In this document: one piece after another, positions 46,875 through 47,553 of the stretch
Numbering within the stretch: position 1 is the first letter of the stretch
Layout: the number at the start of each line of letters is the position of its first letter
Source: a virus
Lineage: Duplodnaviria > Heunggongvirae > Uroviricota > Caudoviricetes
IMG/VR virus record: IMGVR_UViG_2734482568_000006
Reading direction: 5' to 3' (one strand)
Length of the DNA stretch: 47,553 nt
Notes under the pieces: generated by a model
What the model saw: the letters and a program-made list of their open reading frames with translations, nothing else
Told to the model about the DNA's origin: nothing
The model's database searches: none
Made by a program: the position numbers and the translations under genes

Positions 46875-47030
46875 AGTATCAAATGAGTTGCCGATTTTAT
46901 AATAAATGACTAATTATTGCACAATCGGTATCAAATAGACCTTATCCGCACATCTAGCCATCACCTGTTTTATTTCAGTATCTTACAGGTGATTTCACCT
47001 CCTTTCACTAAACCCCTTGTCGGTATCAAA
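46875..47030 (-). repeat. Prophage end (Mu attL-equivalent) with three spaced copies of the terminal motif
   Basis: cggtatcaaa at 47021-47030 and 46926-46935, cagtatcaaa at 46875-46884: offsets of roughly 0, 95 and 146 bp from the end, like the spacing of Mu L1/L2/L3. Confidence 0.5.
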
Positions 47031-47034
47031 TGAT

Positions 47035-47358
47035 TCACCTGGTTATATGTCGCCAGTCGATACCTTCCAGCAGCATCGCCAGCTGCGCCTGTGTAAGGAA
47101 CACTTTGCCATCACGGGCTGACGGCCAGGCGAAGCGCCCACGCTCCAGCCGTTTGGTCAGGAGGCACAGTCCGTCACTGGTGGACCACAGCAGTTTAACC
47201 TGACTGCCGCTGCGGCCCCGGAAAATGAAAACATGGCCGGACATGGGATCGTCTTTCAGCGCCGTCTGTACTTTCGCAGCCAGGCCGTTGAAGCCATTTC
47301 TCATATCGGTGATACCGGCAACCAGCCAAATTTTGATCCCGGAAGGTAACGGGATCAT
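47035..47358 (-). CDS. tnpB: IS66-family accessory protein TnpB (orf2)
   Basis: MIPLPSGIKIWLVAGITDMRNGFNGLAAKVQ...GHVFIFRGRSGSQVKLLWSTSDGLCLLTKRLERGRF is the typical IS66 Orf2 sequence; its start overlaps the upstream orf1 stop (ATGA). Confidence 0.85.
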   Translation of the reverse strand: MIPLPSGIKIWLVAGITDMRNGFNGLAAKVQTALKDDPMSGHVFIFRGRSGSQVKLLWSTSDGLCLLTKRLERGRFAWPSARDGKVFLTQAQLAMLLEGIDWRHITR

Positions 47359-47553
47359 CGCTTCAGTTCCTGTATCAGCAGAGTCAGGAGCTTTTCGCTG
47401 ACATTGCCATTGAAGCGGAGCGTCCCGTGCCGGAACGTTACCTCACAGCTGATACTGAGGGTTTTCGGGTCCTCTGCGAGCGATTCTGGCTGTTCGGCAG
47501 CTGCATCGAGAGTCACAGGAAGTAGCTGGGGGCTCTCTGAAGAAGGTAATAGC
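47355..47553 (-). CDS. tnpA: IS66-family TnpA (orf1), 3-prime part; the gene continues beyond the window edge
   Basis: Frame ends ..HGTLRFNGNVSEKLLTLLIQELKR with the stop overlapping the tnpB start; no start codon within the window. Confidence 0.55.
   Translation of the reverse strand, partial: LLPSSESPQLLPVTLDAAAEQPESLAEDPKTLSISCEVTFRHGTLRFNGNVSEKLLTLLIQELKR

Larger units (their letters stand above)
8434..47028 (-). mobile_element. Mu-like transposable prophage, apparently complete, inverted relative to the window
   Basis: Mu-syntenic gene order from repressor/ner/A/B (right) to gin/com/mom (left); ends carry inverted copies of a TTTGATACCG motif, with plus-strand TG at 8434-8435 and CA at 47027-47028. 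Boundaries are approximate to within a few bp. Confidence 0.85.

Noticed and set aside
1-47553. CRISPR arrays, rRNA genes, integrase/att sites
   Set aside because: No regularly spaced direct repeats, no rRNA-like sequence and no tyrosine or serine integrase (other than the Gin invertase) were seen; the prophage is transposable and is expected to lack att sites.

Overview
The window is dominated by a complete-looking Mu-like transposable prophage of about 38.6 kb (approx. 8434-47028). It lies inverted relative to the window: repressor/ner/transposase A/B at the right end, com-mom at the left end, and almost all phage genes on the minus strand. Gene order is syntenic with phage Mu (c, ner, A, B, early accessory genes, gam, gemA, Mor/C-family activator, SAR endolysin plus spanins, terminase, portal, F, G, I, major head, sheath, tube, tape measure, baseplate, tail fibre, Gin-invertible segment, gin, com, mom). 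The prophage sits inside an IS66-family element: tnpA/tnpB are at the right edge and a tnpC 3-prime fragment at the left, with no target-site duplication and about 1.1 kb of tnpC missing. That IS66 copy itself interrupts a Tn3-family transposase gene next to a cluster of Tn3-type inverted repeats. The first 7 kb carry a Fur-box-preceded iron/haem-type uptake cluster (ChaN-like lipoprotein, TonB paralog, TonB-dependent receptor, YVTN beta-propeller) downstream of a disrupted plasmid-type replication gene. Compared with Mu, the non-canonical content is: a cargo block between gin and com (SASA-family O-acetylesterase, two small proteins, a divergent ORF, a promoter-terminator unit that looks like a small RNA), a tRNA-like structured element between the F and G genes, an extra small protein carrying a copy of the small-terminase-like C-terminal tail, tandem paralogous small early proteins, a cysteine-rich 47-aa ORF, and an opposite-strand gene in the early region. 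All calls rest on reading the sequence and recalled family signatures; no database search was run.
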